Assembly (NCBI RefSeq): GCF_009914755.1
Contig: NC_060931.1
From: the human T2T-CHM13v2.0 reference genome, Homo sapiens
Reading direction: 5' to 3' (one strand)
DNA: 64,000 bases
Part shown: positions 33,018 to 49,829 of the stretch, piece by piece
How the letters are laid out: each line of letters begins with the position of its first letter
How positions within the stretch are numbered: the first letter of the stretch is position 1
Program-made: the position numbers and the translations under genes
Notes under the pieces: generated by a model
Databases searched by the model: none
Told to the model about the DNA's origin: nothing
The model's input: only the letters and a program-made list of their open reading frames with translations

Positions 33018-34692
33018 GTTGGCTGGGGTTTTGATTGGTATTGCATTAAATCTATAGACCATATTTGGTAGAGTTGACATCTTAACAAAATATGAGTCTT
33101 CCAGTCTACAAGCATGATATATCTTTCCATTTGTTTAGATCTTTTATTACTTTCTTCAGTGTTTTTTTTAGATTTCCAAGTACAGATCTTGGACATATTT
33201 TGTTAGATTTATACCTGTCTTTTTTTCTTTCTTTTGCAGTGTGAGAGGTGCTATTGGAAAGGGCATTTTGTTGTTGTTTTCGTTTCTTTGTTTCAGGTTG
33301 CAGTTGGTCATCGCTTGTATATAGGAATACAATCGACTTTTGTATGTTAACCTGGTATCCTGCAACCTTGCTAAACTCATTGATTACTTCCAAGATATTT
33401 GTTAGTGTAGATTCTTTGGGATTTTCTACATAAGCCATCATATTGCATGTGATCAAAGAAAGTTACATTTATTTATTCTAATCTACATACCTTTTATTTA
33501 TTTTTCTTACCTGATTGCACTACTAGGACCTCAAGTATAATGTTTACTTGGAATCGTAAAGAGGACATTGTTGCCTTTCTCTGGACCTTAGAGGAAAAGG
33601 ATTCAATCTCTCACCATTAATTATGATGTTAGTAATAGGGTTTTTTTTTGTAGATACCATTTATTAGGTTAAAGAAGTTCTCTTCTATTTCTAGTTTGCC
33701 AAAAATTTTGACCATGAATTGATGTTAAATTTTATCAGAAGCTTTTTTCTGTATCTACTGAATTGGTCATATAATTTTTCTCACTTTAGTCTATTAATGT
33801 GGTTAATTACATTGATTGATTTTTGGATGTTGATGTAGACTTATATTCCTAATATGAACCCCACTTGGTCATATGTATTGTCTGTTTTATGTATTGATGA
33901 ATTAAATGTGCTAATATTTGGTGAAGGATTTTTTTGTCTATGAGTTATATTAGTCTGTAGTTTTCTGTTGTCTGATTTTCGTATTTAGGGTAGTGCTGAC
34001 CTCATAAAATAAGTCAGGAAGTGGTCTGTCCTTTTCTATTTTGTGGAAGAGAATGTGTAGAGAATGTGTTGTTTTTTCCTTAAATATTCAGTAGAATTCA
34101 CAGTAAAAACATCTTGCCATGAGTTTTTTGAGAAAGTTTTTAACTACAAATTTAATTTATTTAATAAATATAGCATTATCAGAACTATTCTTATCTATTC
34201 CTTCTGTAGTTTGTATCTTTTAAGGAATTGGTTCATTTTATCAAAGCTTTTGAATTTGGGGGCATAGAGTTGTTTGTAACATTGCCTTAGTATCCTTTTT
34301 AATATTTGTCAGATCTCTCTCCTTTTATTTCTAATACTGGCAATTTGTATCTTCTCCCTTCCTTCTCGTTTAGTCATGCTAATCTTTGGTTTTCAACAGA
34401 GAGGGCAGCATTTAGGGAGACACAAACTTGCCTAGAAAATTATATAGGGACACAGTTGACTCAAGCATTGGTCTAAGAACATCAGCAGGTTTTTGATTGT
34501 CAAGGAAAAATTGGATTTTGTAGTATCAGGAAGCCCAGCCTGTTGATCCTGCTGGGGACTCATATATCCAGATGGAAGGTGAATTTATGTTCAAGCATAA
34601 TTCCTTAGCAACCTGAGATACTTTAGTTGCACTAATATTTGTGTCTTTTTAGACATTAGATTGGAATGATCTCATGATAAGATATTAACTAA

Positions 34693-34893
<201 letters not shown>

Positions 34894-34899
34894 TAAAAG

Positions 34900-37090
34900 C
34901 TGGTTCTTTGGGAATATCAATAAAGTTGATAATATGTAGTATACTAATCAGGAAGAAAAGAGAGAAGGCGCAAACTACTAATATCAGGAATAAATATTAT
35001 AGGAGATATAATGGGGATATCACCAGAGTACCTATAGGCATTAAAAAGATAATACTATTTATGAAAAAAATACATGCCAATAAATTTTGACAATGTTACA
35101 AACCACCATCTCACTCAAGAAGAAATAGCTTACCTGAATTGTCCTATATGTATTAAAGTAATTGGATTTATAGACTAAAAACCCTCTTCCCCCATAACAT
35201 TAACTAGCCAACAAAACAAACCCCTCCAGGGCAAGATAACTTTACTGATAAATTCCACCAAAATTTAAGGGAGTAATAATACCAATGCTATAAATAATAC
35301 CAATACATTTTTCTGAAAAATGGAAGAGGAAGAAACATTTCCCAACTTATCTTGTTAGGTCAGCATTACCTTGATACTAGTATTGGACAAAGGCATTATA
35401 AGAAAGAAAACTATATTCCAATATATTTCATGAACATAGACACAATCTTAACAAAAGTTTAACAAATCAAACCCAAATCATAATACATCATCATACCTAG
35501 TTGTCTAGCAATAGATGAATGGATAAACAAAACATAGTTTCACAGCTTGCCAGGAGTTAAAAAAGAAAAGGAAGAAAAGAAAACATGGTAATATATACAC
35601 AGTAGAATATTATTCAGCCATAAAGAGAATGAAATCCTGTCACTCGTGGCAACACGGATGCAACTGGAGGACGTTATGTTAAGTGAAATAAGCCAGACAC
35701 AGAAAGTTAAACACCACACGTTCTCACTCGTATGTGGAAGCTAAAAAACAGTTGATCTCATAGAAGTGAAAAGTAGGACAGGGGATATTAGAGGCTGGGA
35801 AGGGCAGGTGGAAGGAGGGAATAGGAAGAAATTTGTTAAAGAATACAAAATTATAGCTAGATAGAAAGAGTAAATTCCAGTGTTGTATTCCACTGTAGGT
35901 GACCATAGTTAACAATAATATGTAGTTTTTATCCCTCCCTTCCTCCCTCCCTCCCTCCCTCCCTCCCTTCCTTCCTTCCTTCCTTCCTTCCTTCCTTCCT
36001 TCCTTCCTTCCTTCCTTCCCTTTTTCTTAGAGATAGGGTCTCACTTTGTCACCCAGGCTGGAATGCATGCTGTGATCATAGCTCACTGCAGCCTCAAACT
36101 CCTGGGCTCAAACAATCCTCCCACCTCAGCTTTCCAAACAGTTAGGACTACAGGTACATGCCATCATACCTGGCTAATTAAAAAAAATTTTTTTTTTTTT
36201 TTGTAAAAAGAGGGGTCTCACTATGTTGCTCAGGCTAGTCTCAAACTCCTGGTCTCAAGCCATTCTCTTGCATCGGCCTCCCAAAGCACTAGGATTACAG
36301 GCATGGGCCACTGCGCCTGGCCTATTATGTAGTATTAAATGCTAAGAGGAGGATATTGAATGTTCCCAACATTAAGAAATGATAAATGTTTGAGATGATG
36401 CATATGCTAATTACCCTGATTGGATCACTATACATTATATGCATTGAAACATCACTACATACCCCATGAATATGTAAAGTTATTAAATGTCAATTAAAAC
36501 TAAAAATAAATAAAAAGTATATCATCAGTATTTACCTAAGAGAAATATGTCCACACAAAGCTTTGTACACAAATGTTCATAATAGCTTTATTTATAGCAA
36601 TCCAAAATGGAAGCAACCCAAATGTCTTCCTGTAAGTCACTAGGTAAATGAATAAATAAGTAGTTGATGGCTACATAGTTGATTCCATATAAGGAATACT
36701 ACTCAGCAGTAACAAATAATACACTATCTATACACCCAGCAACATGATGGTTCTCAAAATCATGTTGAGTCAAAGAGGCCAATCAAAACAGAATACATAC
36801 TGCATGGTTCCATTTATATAAAATTCTAGAAAAGGAAAACTAACCTATAGTGATAGAAATTAGATCAGTGATTACCTGGGGATGGGGGAAGCAAATAACA
36901 GATTGTGAAAAAGGAAGACAGATGGATTACAGAGGATCATGAAGAAATTTGCGGAGTGGGTAATGGCTTTGTTTATTATCTTGATTATTGTGATGATTTC
37001 AGGGGTATACACATATGTCAAAATTCATGAAATTACACACTTTAAATATATGTGGTTTATTGTACAACAGTTATAGCTCAATAAAGCTGT
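34900..37090 (+). mobile_element. Old L1M fragments (ORF2 and two 3' ends)
   Basis: L1 motifs; 3' ends near 36510 and 37085 (ctcaataaagctg). Confidence 0.7.
36020..36321 (-). mobile_element. AluJ whose tail has become a (TTCC)n/(TCCC)n microsatellite (35932-36020)
   Basis: Reverse Alu abutting the pyrimidine repeat. Confidence 0.88.
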
Positions 37091-38347
37091 TAAAAACTCA
37101 CCAGAAATGAAAAATGTAGAGAGGGCTGAGGACAGCTTTAAGTGGATGTTGGTCTCTGGCAGTCATTTATCTCTGCCTCCCCTACTTGCCTTGTTCTCAT
37201 TTTTGGATTTCCTGTGCCTCTATTCTTCCTCATTTTGGCTGTGCGTGTTCACTTTTATTTCCTATTGCTGTGTCAACAGTTTGTGGGGTTAGAACTTGGA
37301 AAGGGTACTGGGTCTCTTTACTCTTTTCTTAAGCCCCTATTTTGTCCCTAGTTTGCCTTTGGTCATTTCCAAAGCTAAGAACATTTCCAGAGCAACAATT
37401 TTGGTTCCCTCTCTGTATCTTGTATATAGTCCCTGATCTAATAGGCTGAGGTCCTTCCACTGTCTCTGTATAACAGTTTTAACAATTTAATGGTGACAAG
37501 AATTGGCAGTTTGTTTGTTTGCTTGTTTTTAATGCCCTTGAATTTTTAGCTGTAAAACTCCATCCCTGGACTGCGGAAACATGAAGATAGTCTCACCTCT
37601 GATCATGGTCCAGGCGCCTATATTCATGGCTTTGGGCCCCACCTCTTAGCCTTCATATACAACTTTGTTTCTTTTTCCAGGAGTCATTTTAACCAATTCC
37701 ACAGCTTTCAGCTGCTTCATCTTGAGAGCGGAGAGTGCTGTACTCATAGCAGGCAGCTCTCCCAGAGCAATTTACGGCTTCACAGTTCTGCAAATTACAG
37801 TCATTTGCAATCTTCTCCATTAGTGCCCTGACCCCATCCAGCTATGTCTGCATGTTTTTGGTTCCTGATGTCTGAAGCTTCTTGTTGCTTTACTATCTGA
37901 TCTCTCCAAGCTGAAAATGTTCCTTTTCCATTTTCTGGGGGCCTTCTGATATGTAGACATGCTCGCTATTAAGATCATAAGGTCACATTTGCTTGTTTTT
38001 TTGTTCTTGAGTTTGCTAATTCTTCCATTTACAAACTTGTAGTTTTCCAGAACTAGTTTTCCTATAGGGAAGAGATTATCAGTGAATTCTGATCCTTCCC
38101 AGAGCCTTATTACTTAAACCAGTCCTGTCTACCTCTCTTCTATGGGCTGGGTAATCTTGCTTAAAATCTCTTCCACCATCAGTCCAACGCCTCTGTGAAA
38201 CCCAGGCTTGGTTTCTTATGTCTCCCCTTGAGTGAGTCTTGCCATTTGTCTACCTGTCTAGGCTGACCTAGTGGTTTCAAGGGAGCCCTGCTCCCCAGCA
38301 AGCTTCTACTCAGCGGCCATGAGAAGCAAGTCAGGGATGCTTTTTTG

Positions 38348-38510
38348 GGGTGGTTCTCAAACTTTAGCGTGCATCGGGATCACTTTGAGGGCTTGTTGAG
38401 ACACAAATTGCTCCATCCCCAGAGTTGCTGATTGGGAAGATGGAGCATTTGCAAATTACCAAATCCTCAGGTGATGCCGATGCTGCAGGTCAGAGGCCAG
38501 CACTGCTGAC
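38348..38510. mobile_element. MER5A-like hAT-Charlie element
   Basis: gtggttctcaaactttagcgtgcatc ... caggtgatgccgatgctgc. Confidence 0.7.
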
Positions 38511-38671
38511 TGGGAACCCTGTGTTGGTCCATAGTCAGCAATTGTCCAGGGTCTGTCTCCCTGTGTTATCCAATGATCCCATTTATTTTTCCTTTGTTGT
38601 TGGCTACTGTTTTTAGCTCCACGTTTGTCCTTTGTGTTCATCCTCTTGGGCTTGGTTCTCCTTGGTTTTCT

Positions 38672-38979
<308 letters not shown>

Positions 38980-41809
38980 CCTCCTTGGTTTTGTCTTATC
39001 TCTGAGTCCTTTGACCCCATCTCACTGGCTCTTCATGCTCCGTGTCACCCAGGCAGGAGTCCCTTCTCTAGCTCTGGCCTCTTGGGGATCCAAATTCAGT
39101 ACCAAAACCCTTAACCACTTTGCAGGGGATTGTGTCCAGACCAACTCTTGCAAAGTCTTAACCCTGAAACCTCCTAGCCATAGTTTGCCAAGCTGTTCCC
39201 CCTCAATCATTGCCTTGCCTTGGAACTGGCCAATTAATATGGGTGCATTTTGCACTAATAGCTCCAGACTTCCCCCTCTTGCATCTGCCACCTCAGATTA
39301 TTGTCAGAGGCGCTAAGGAGGATGCTCTGTGAAATAATATTTACTCTTATTTCTCTATCAATGGCTGTCTGAAGGAGCATTTCAATAGTACCCTCTTGGG
39401 TAGAGGCAAGGAAACAGGCAAGTGTGTCCTGGTTTCTGCTCCTAACAAATTTCCCTTCTCTCTTCTGTTAAAGTCCTTAAGTGCCTGATCACCCATTTTA
39501 ACCACCAAATATTAACTAAAATAGCCTCCTCATTCCTGTCTTCATTTATTAGAGCAGTTAAATCTGTATTCGTCCTTTTAAGTACGTTGCTTTTATGTAG
39601 TCTCGTCTGGGTTCTAAGATTTCAACCATCCTAAGTCGTGCCTTTCTTTCCCTCTTTCTCCCTGAAGCCCTTGTAATTTTCCTATTTGCCATTTCCAAGC
39701 TAAGACCTGTCTCCAGGGCAACGGTCCCCTGCTCACTAGTGAGTCCTCAGCCCCTGCCCCCTCAGCAAAGACCCTTCGACTTTTTATGTGCAAATTGGAT
39801 TTTCAGAACCTAATGCTCCGGGTGTAGGCTGATTGTATTTTTTTTTCCTTTTTCTTTTTCTTCTTTGCCTTTGGCATTGTAATTATTTAATTTTTTCAAC
39901 TGCTTCAGTCGAAGAAGCTATATTGCCAATTTAATTCTCCCACTTCACTCCACCTGCCTCATTTTCTGTGCTTTAAAAGCCTCTATGATAATCAAGACTT
40001 ATTGATTAAAATTTCCAGAGGGCCCCAAACAGGAGAGACAGACACGGGAGTATCTTTGGACCTCTTGTGGTCAGGCTGCAGGTTTCGTGCTGATGGCCAG
40101 AAGCTGTTCGTTCAGCCCATCTTTGAATAGAGTCATCCTGGGGTAATTTTCCTGTCATCCTAGAATGCATGAGAGGAGCACCCCGCCTGTTCTTCAGTGG
40201 TTCCTGGTCCCTCGGATGATGTAGTCTGTGAGGAAGTTTTTTTCTGGCCAGTAATGAAAGGAAAAAAAATAAGGCCAGGTGCCAGTGAATGAACTTTTTC
40301 TGGGGAAGGGTAGTCATTTCTATTTTGTCCTTCTCGCTTTTGTGGTATTAAAATGTCTTTTTATTTTTATGGCCCTTTCTTGAGCTCTTGTGTTTTATTA
40401 TACCTGTGAACTTGAAACCTGTGGGTTTTATCTCTCTCTTCCACCAATTCTGAAGCTAAAAGCTGGTTCACTAGAGCTGGTTTTAAGATGAACTTCCCCT
40501 GACCCCAGAAATGAATCTGCCTCTCCAAGAACACTAGATTCCTACTCCTACCAAGAGATGCTAGTCCAGACCTCAAGCCAGGGCAGGATCCCATACTTTG
40601 CACATGAGATGTTCCCCAGGAACGCAGCTGCTCTTAAGGTTTGTGTGAGCAGCTTCCAAACCTCAGTCCCTCATTCATAGGCTTACATCGGTTCTGCCAA
40701 CCCCACCAGGTGTTAGCCTTGTCCTCAGAATCCCAAACCTTTTCATTCTGAATACTTGCCTGGTTTCCTCTTCTGGCAAAGTGTCTGGACACTGTAAAAA
40801 TCTCAAGAACATCCCTGATCCCAGCCCTTACTTTTTAAGGAGGCATTTTTTCAAATTTTTTCCAACAAAGTATTCCTAAGAGCGAAGACTGAAAACATGC
40901 AAAGGAGAAAAATGAAAGCAGTCTGAAGGGATCACTGCAAGCAAGAAATGTGTATTTTGTGTTAAAAATGCATTCAGTGTTTGCATTCTACTTTATAATA
41001 GATTCCTTTTGTATTGATATTAAAATGTTTAAAATTACTTACCATCAGGCAAAATGAGTCTGCCACTTCAGAAATGCGATGTCTCCATCCAGGAGCTCAA
41101 ATACTCATGGTGCACAAAGTGACCCCACAAGAGTTTCAGCCAACCCCATGGCCCAGAATGGTTCCATCCTGCAGCTTGACTTGGCTCAGAAATCCTTTAC
41201 TCATCTTTAGCCAACTTCCTATGCCATTTCTTTTTAAGGGACTTTACCAATCCCCTCCAAGCCCAATCTTACCTCCACCTCATTCTACAGGTTATGTTCT
41301 GTTTTGGCAAGGAAGGAGTGGCATCTTTGTAGCTCTTCTTAGCTCTTGGGTCGCATCTTCTTAGCTCTTCTTCAGTCCATCTCAGAGGACACTGATATGT
41401 GGACCAAGGAATGCATCTCTCTTCCTTTATGTTATGCTCTGTTAAAAGAGCACCAAAGCATGTTGCCTTGGGCTCAGTTATTCTAAAGATTAAAAAATAT
41501 ATATTTTTGTCCTGATTCCCAAAGTAGTGCATCATAATAGTCATCAGCTGTGTTTGCTTGTCAGTGCCTTTATTCTATCAGGGCCTCTTTTTTTTCTCTT
41601 TTTTCTTTTCTCTTTTTAGGAACCACTATTCAGTGTGGGGCTGATACCACCCTGTTGCTACTCAGCTCCAAGCATGGTTCCTGTGACCCAGGCCTGGTCA
41701 TTAGAGTCCCAGTGTTCAGGGAAGGGTATATGTCCAAGCAAGTCCATTTAGAGTCAGTCCAGAATTATCTGGGTATGGTGGTATGAGCCTATAGTCCCAC
41801 CTACTCATT

Positions 41810-44375
<2,566 letters not shown>

Positions 44376-44520
44376 TGTGAACTCAGTGGATTTGCCTTAA
44401 AGTGCTTGAACAACTATGACAAGCAGAGTGTTGTACGATGGAGATAGTGGAAATGGGGGTAGGTGGGTTACAGATGGGAAGGAACCCCATCTATGGTTTT
44501 AGAAATTCTGGGTTTTGTTC

Positions 44521-45097
44521 CATTGTGGAAGTCAGTGTGGCGATTCCTCAGGGAGCTAGAACTAGAAATACCATTTGACCCAGCCATCCCATTACTGGGT
44601 ATATACCCAAATGAGTATAAATCATGCTGCTATAAAGACACATGCACACGTATGTTTATTGCGGCACTATTCACAATAGCAAAGACTTGGAACCAACCCA
44701 AATGTCCAACAATGATAGACTGGATTAAGAAAATGTGGCACATATACACCATGGAATACTATGCAGCCATAAAAAATGATGAGTTCATATCCTTTGTAGG
44801 GACATGGATGAAATTGGAAACCATCATTCTCAGTAAACTATCACAAGAACAAAAAACCAAACACCGCATATTCTCACTCATAGGTGGGAATTGAACAATG
44901 AGATCACATGGACACAGGAAGGGGAATATCACACTCTGGGGACTGTGGTGGGGTCGGGGGAGGGGGGAGGGATAGCATCGGGAGATATACCTAATGCTAG
45001 ATGACACATTAGTGGGTGCAGCGCACCAGCATGGCACATGTATACATATGTAACTAACCTGCACAATGTGCACATGTACCCTAAAACTTAGAGTATA

Positions 45098-45136
<39 letters not shown>
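44521..45136 (+). mobile_element. 5'-truncated L1HS, Ta-1 subfamily (ORF2 C-terminus, 3'UTR, polyA)
   Basis: ACA at 45006-45008, G at 45091, T/G at 44612/44615. Pure ~37-A tail. TSD AGAAATTCTGGGTTTTGTTC at 44501-44520 and 45136-45155. Confidence 0.93.
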
Positions 45137-45138
<2 letters not shown>

Positions 45139-48100
45139 AATTCTGGGTTTTGTTCCTTTCTTCTTTTTTTTTTTTTTTTTGAGAAATGAACAGGCCAAAG
45201 AGAGGAGTAATTCATGGATCTGACTTTATTCATGGTTCAATCTCCCCACTTTAGTACCATATTCCATTCCCCACTGCTTAGACCACAGAGGAGAAAGTCT
45301 CTGAAATACCAGCCTAAATTCAGTGAAACCTGTTTAAATAAGTAATTTCATTCAACTGAAGAATTTTCAGTAGATAAAATAGATAAAATACGGCCTCCAG
45401 GACTCTTGCACCAGTCTGACTTTTAGCTGCTGCCAAAAACAAAAGAATGTTTCACTTGGAAGTGTTCCTTGTTCTTCTTTTAAGGTAAATCTTTACTTTG
45501 CAGATTGTAGAGTTTTCAATATTATCTTGATGTTAACTGGGGAAACCACTGATGCTATGTTGTAGACATGGGCCAGGACAGTACTCTCTGGTAGACCTTG
45601 GCTCCGGGACATTCGGGTTTGATTTCCCTAGTACCTTTGGTGCTGACAGCTCCTGCTTCCTACACAGCTGGTGCCAGCGCTGTGAAGAGTGAGAACTTAA
45701 CTTGCAGGGACAGGAGAATGAGACTCTCTGGGTGTGCTATGGGCAGAGTTAGACTCCCATAGAGCACAACAGCCCATGTGATCAAGCTCTGCCCAGCAGC
45801 CCATGTGATCAACCACAGGCTGCAATGTTTCATGGTGGAGAAAGAAGGGATGAGGGAGCCTGTGCATTCCTTTAACTGCAGTGGCCAAGAAGGGATTCAG
45901 AAAGAGGCTTTAAACCTGAGTTTCACAATTTATCCTTGCTGTCACTGGCTAGTTCGAACTCTCCTTGCTCCTTATCTAGACTATAGCAATCACTTCCCAC
46001 TCAGTGCCTCTTCTTCCAGAATCCTTATTTTCCTCTATTCCTTCTTCTCATGGATGTGAAATGATGGAAGTTCCTAGTCTACCCTCCCTTAAATTATGAA
46101 GTAATGTTTGCTTACAGTGTTGAAACAGAAAGGAAAGACTAAAGCATCCCTTCAGCTGCCCCCACCACCATGATTTCTTTCCTCATTTGCCTCTGAGGGC
46201 CAGAAGGAACTGAGGGAAGCAGAGAGTGTAAGATAACAGGGAATACATTGAGGAATAAATAGGAACTGTATGGGAGCCTCTCCTAAAGGCATTCCCATTT
46301 AAGTGAAAAAACAACCACCACCAATAAACAAATCTTCCTGCAGATTAAATTTGTTCCTGTGCTGCCAATTTGCCCCACCTAGATCTTTCCAGCATTTCTA
46401 ATACGTATACATCTATACCAATATTATAAATGTAACTATAAATGTTTAGATACATGGTACATATATGTTAGACAACCAGGATTACAATATACATACTATT
46501 TTGAACTTTGCTTTTTCATGTAACATTGGGAAGCTTTACATGTTAGACAACCTCATAACTAGCACCCTGTCGATGGACATTTAGGTTGTTTCCAGTTTGA
46601 ATTTTTTTTTTCAAATAATACAGCATTGTTTGTTCTTAGACATGTGTCAGGGAGTATACATAAAGTATAAATGTGAAACAGTGGAATAGCTGGGTCAAGT
46701 TTGATAGCTATTGCCAAAATGCCTTCCCAAAAAGTTGTATCTATTTAATTCTAGCAACAGTGTTCCTCTGTTTAATTTTGAACTTTTTTTTCTCTGTATA
46801 TGTTTTATTAGTTATTCACATCAGAATAGCTGCCCTCTTTTCACCGGCCCAGAGTGAACTACCCACAGAAAGTTTCTCTACTCTGTTTATTGAAGAACCA
46901 GAGGAACATAAATATGTTTTGCCTACATAAAGTTAATGGCCTGTAGTAAAGAATGTAGACTTTTAAGCAGCCTTCCATGTCATTTGGCTTAGGAAACACT
47001 GAGTTAGTGTGCTAGACACCTGGCATGGGTTTGGAGGAAAAAGGTGGGCTTTTTTGGGCAGTGCCCGCCAAGTTGGGCCACAGCTCCACCGCCTACCCCT
47101 TCCCTCTTGCTCAATGTACACATCACCAAGTCTGTGCTCCACTGTTTCTCCTCTACTAGAGAGGGACAGGAGCCTGGGGGATGGGAATGTGTCTTCCCCT
47201 CCTGGAGTCTGAACATCCTCGTTGGACTTCTAGATGAGGCCAGAACTTCCTTTGAGTACTGGGCCACATCTTCATAAGCTTCAGAGACCTCTTCCCCCTG
47301 TTCCCCATTCTCATATCATCTTGGTGAAAGCCTTGCCCTTCTGCCCAGTGGCCCCCTTCCCCCAACCACCAGAGGCAAAGGAGTGCTTGAAACTGTGGAA
47401 ACTTTAAACATTGTGGATTCTAAGAAGTAAAGCCTTTAGTAGTAAAAGATTTACCAACAAATAAAGTGTTTCTGAAAAAGGTTGCGTTGCTCTAGTTCTA
47501 GCAATGTGCTCACTCTGCAGCTGTGGGATCTCTGGGTGCCATCTTGTTTTCCTGCCACTCTCCCTATTCCCTGGCAGACCCTGTCCCCTTGGAATGCCCA
47601 CAGAATTTTGATCATAGCTAAATTACATCATTTATCACATTACTTGTTGTCAGCTTATGCGTTTATCTCTACCACTGGATTGCAAGCTACTTGAAGTTCT
47701 TAATAAGAACAGCGGCAGCAATAATACAGTGCTTCTTGTGTGCCAGGCACCCCACCAAGTGCTTTACACATATTAACTCATTTAGACCTCACACGTCCCT
47801 CACAATATCTTGGTATCTTCATCTCTCACAACTCATTAAACATTCTATGGTTGTCTTTCAATTTAGATCTCTCTTCTTCAAAAGGAGTTTTTAAGAAAAA
47901 TCTATTACTGGCTTGTAATATATCAATCTCTAAGCAAAAATACTCGTAACATTCATATAATAAGAACAGATTACATGGGATAAAAGTAGGATCATTTTCT
48001 CATTTAGCCTGACATCAAGAGTATTTATTTGGCTTTCTATACCATTAGTTTAAATTAGAACACTCTATTTCCATCCACTAGAGTAGAATAGCTATGTGTT

Positions 48101-48454
48101 TTCCCTTTAAAAGATAAATTAACTCTGTAAGCATTAATACTTTAAAAAATGACTAGTGGTTTTTCAAATATTTTAGTTCTACCAAACTGATGAATAGATA
48201 AACATGAGCAGATAGATCTGGATTTAAATCTTGATTCCACAATTTACCAGCTCTGTGACCATGGGCAAGCTCCTTAATCTTTCAAAGCCTGTTTTCTCAT
48301 TAGTAAAATTAGGATAATAATAGTTCTTTATAGGGTAATCATCAGAAGTTAAAAATGTACATATGAGAAATTCAGCACAGAGTCTGGCACAAAGCGATTA
48401 ACAAATATTTGCTGTTATTCATTCTTATCATCATTATTATAAAATGTTGGGTTG

Positions 48455-48612
48455 AGCTGGGCATGACGGTGCATGCCTGTAATACCAGCTATTTGAGAGG
48501 CTGAAGCAGGAGGATTTCTTGAGCTCAGGAGTTTGAGGCTGCAGCAAGCTATGATCGCACCACTGCACTCCAGCCTGGGAGACAGGGTGAGATCTCTTGT
48601 CTATAAAAAGAA
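48455..48612 (+). mobile_element. FAM/FRAM Alu monomer
   Basis: Monomer; TSD TAAAATGTTGGGTTG. Confidence 0.8.
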
Positions 48613-49700
48613 AATTAAAATGTTGGGTTGGCAAAAGGGACATAGAAATGAGTAAGATGCTGTCCTTGTCCTCAAGAAGCTCAGCTCTGTGGTAGGAGAG
48701 ACAAGACAGGTCTGCAAACATCATCACAAAACAATGTGATAAGGCAACAGAGGGACAGAGAAAGCACAGAGGAGGGAGGGATCATTTCCATAGGAAAGTT
48801 TCATGGGAGGCTTGCAAGAGGATGTGAAAATTACATTGATTTTTAAAGAACGAGGAGGAATTTTTTAGGTAGCCCAAGTGGGACAGGACATAGCTGGTCC
48901 TGGAGAACATGTGTAAAGGCACGGAGAAAGGAAACTGCATGGTGTTTTGGGAGGAACTATAATTAGTAATGTTTGGTCAGATCATGAGGTTTTGGTGGGG
49001 GTGGGTAAGATGGAGGTGGTAAGATAGAAGATTCTAGAGGAAGTCAAGGCAAGGACCAGATTTTGAAGTGTTTTGCATGCGGAGCTGAAGAGCTTGAATT
49101 TAGCACCAGCAATAGGGTGTCAGTAAAGAGTTTTATAAGAGAGATGTGATCAGATTTGCATTTTAGAAAAATCACTTTGGCAGGTTTGTGAATGATGGAC
49201 CAGAAATGTGTGATGGTGGAGACTTGGAAGCCAATTAGGAGGCAGTAGTCCAGGTGAGAAATAATGCCCCGAACAAGGGCAAATGGCATTAGGAATGGAG
49301 GGGAGCAAGCTGAACTCAAGAGACCCTTGGGAGGTAAGATGAAAAGGATGGGGAGGAGGGAACTTGTTGGGATCTGTATCCAAGGGTACCCGACCCCTTG
49401 GTCTCATTCCACTGTTCCACAGGGGTTGGTGACAGTGTGTGGGAGACAGGGGTGGACAGAAGTGCGTTAACCAAGATACAGACTAGAGAAGGAAGCGTCA
49501 GTTCTTAGGACAGGGGTCAGTTTGTAGTGTGGGAAAGAGGAGGTGAGAAAGGGTAGTGAATTTCACCTGGCCCTTGTTGAGTATGTGATGCCTGTGTTCG
49601 CCATGTGAACAGCAGAAAGCAGCAAATATAAGGATCGAGAGCACGGGGTAGAGAGAGGGCTGGCGATGGACACCATCTTTAGGGTAATTGCGAAATTAGG
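48610..49700 (-). mobile_element. L2 LINE remnant; a MIR lies at ~48200-48420
   Basis: L2 motifs tgatcagatttgcattttagaaaaatcactttggc and ggaagccaattaggaggc. Confidence 0.65.
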
Positions 49701-49829
49701 GGAAGGGCTGAAATACGGAAGGCTCGCCGAAGATCTCTAGGTAGTTAATAACTATCAAAATGTCACTTCTTTGGCCTTCACTTTTATTATGTAAAAGTAC
49801 TCAGATCAGGCCGAATACAATTTTATTTT

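Noticed and set aside
44463-44894. 143-aa ORF
   Set aside because: It is the L1 ORF2 C-terminus joined by chance to flanking sequence, with a non-ATG start.
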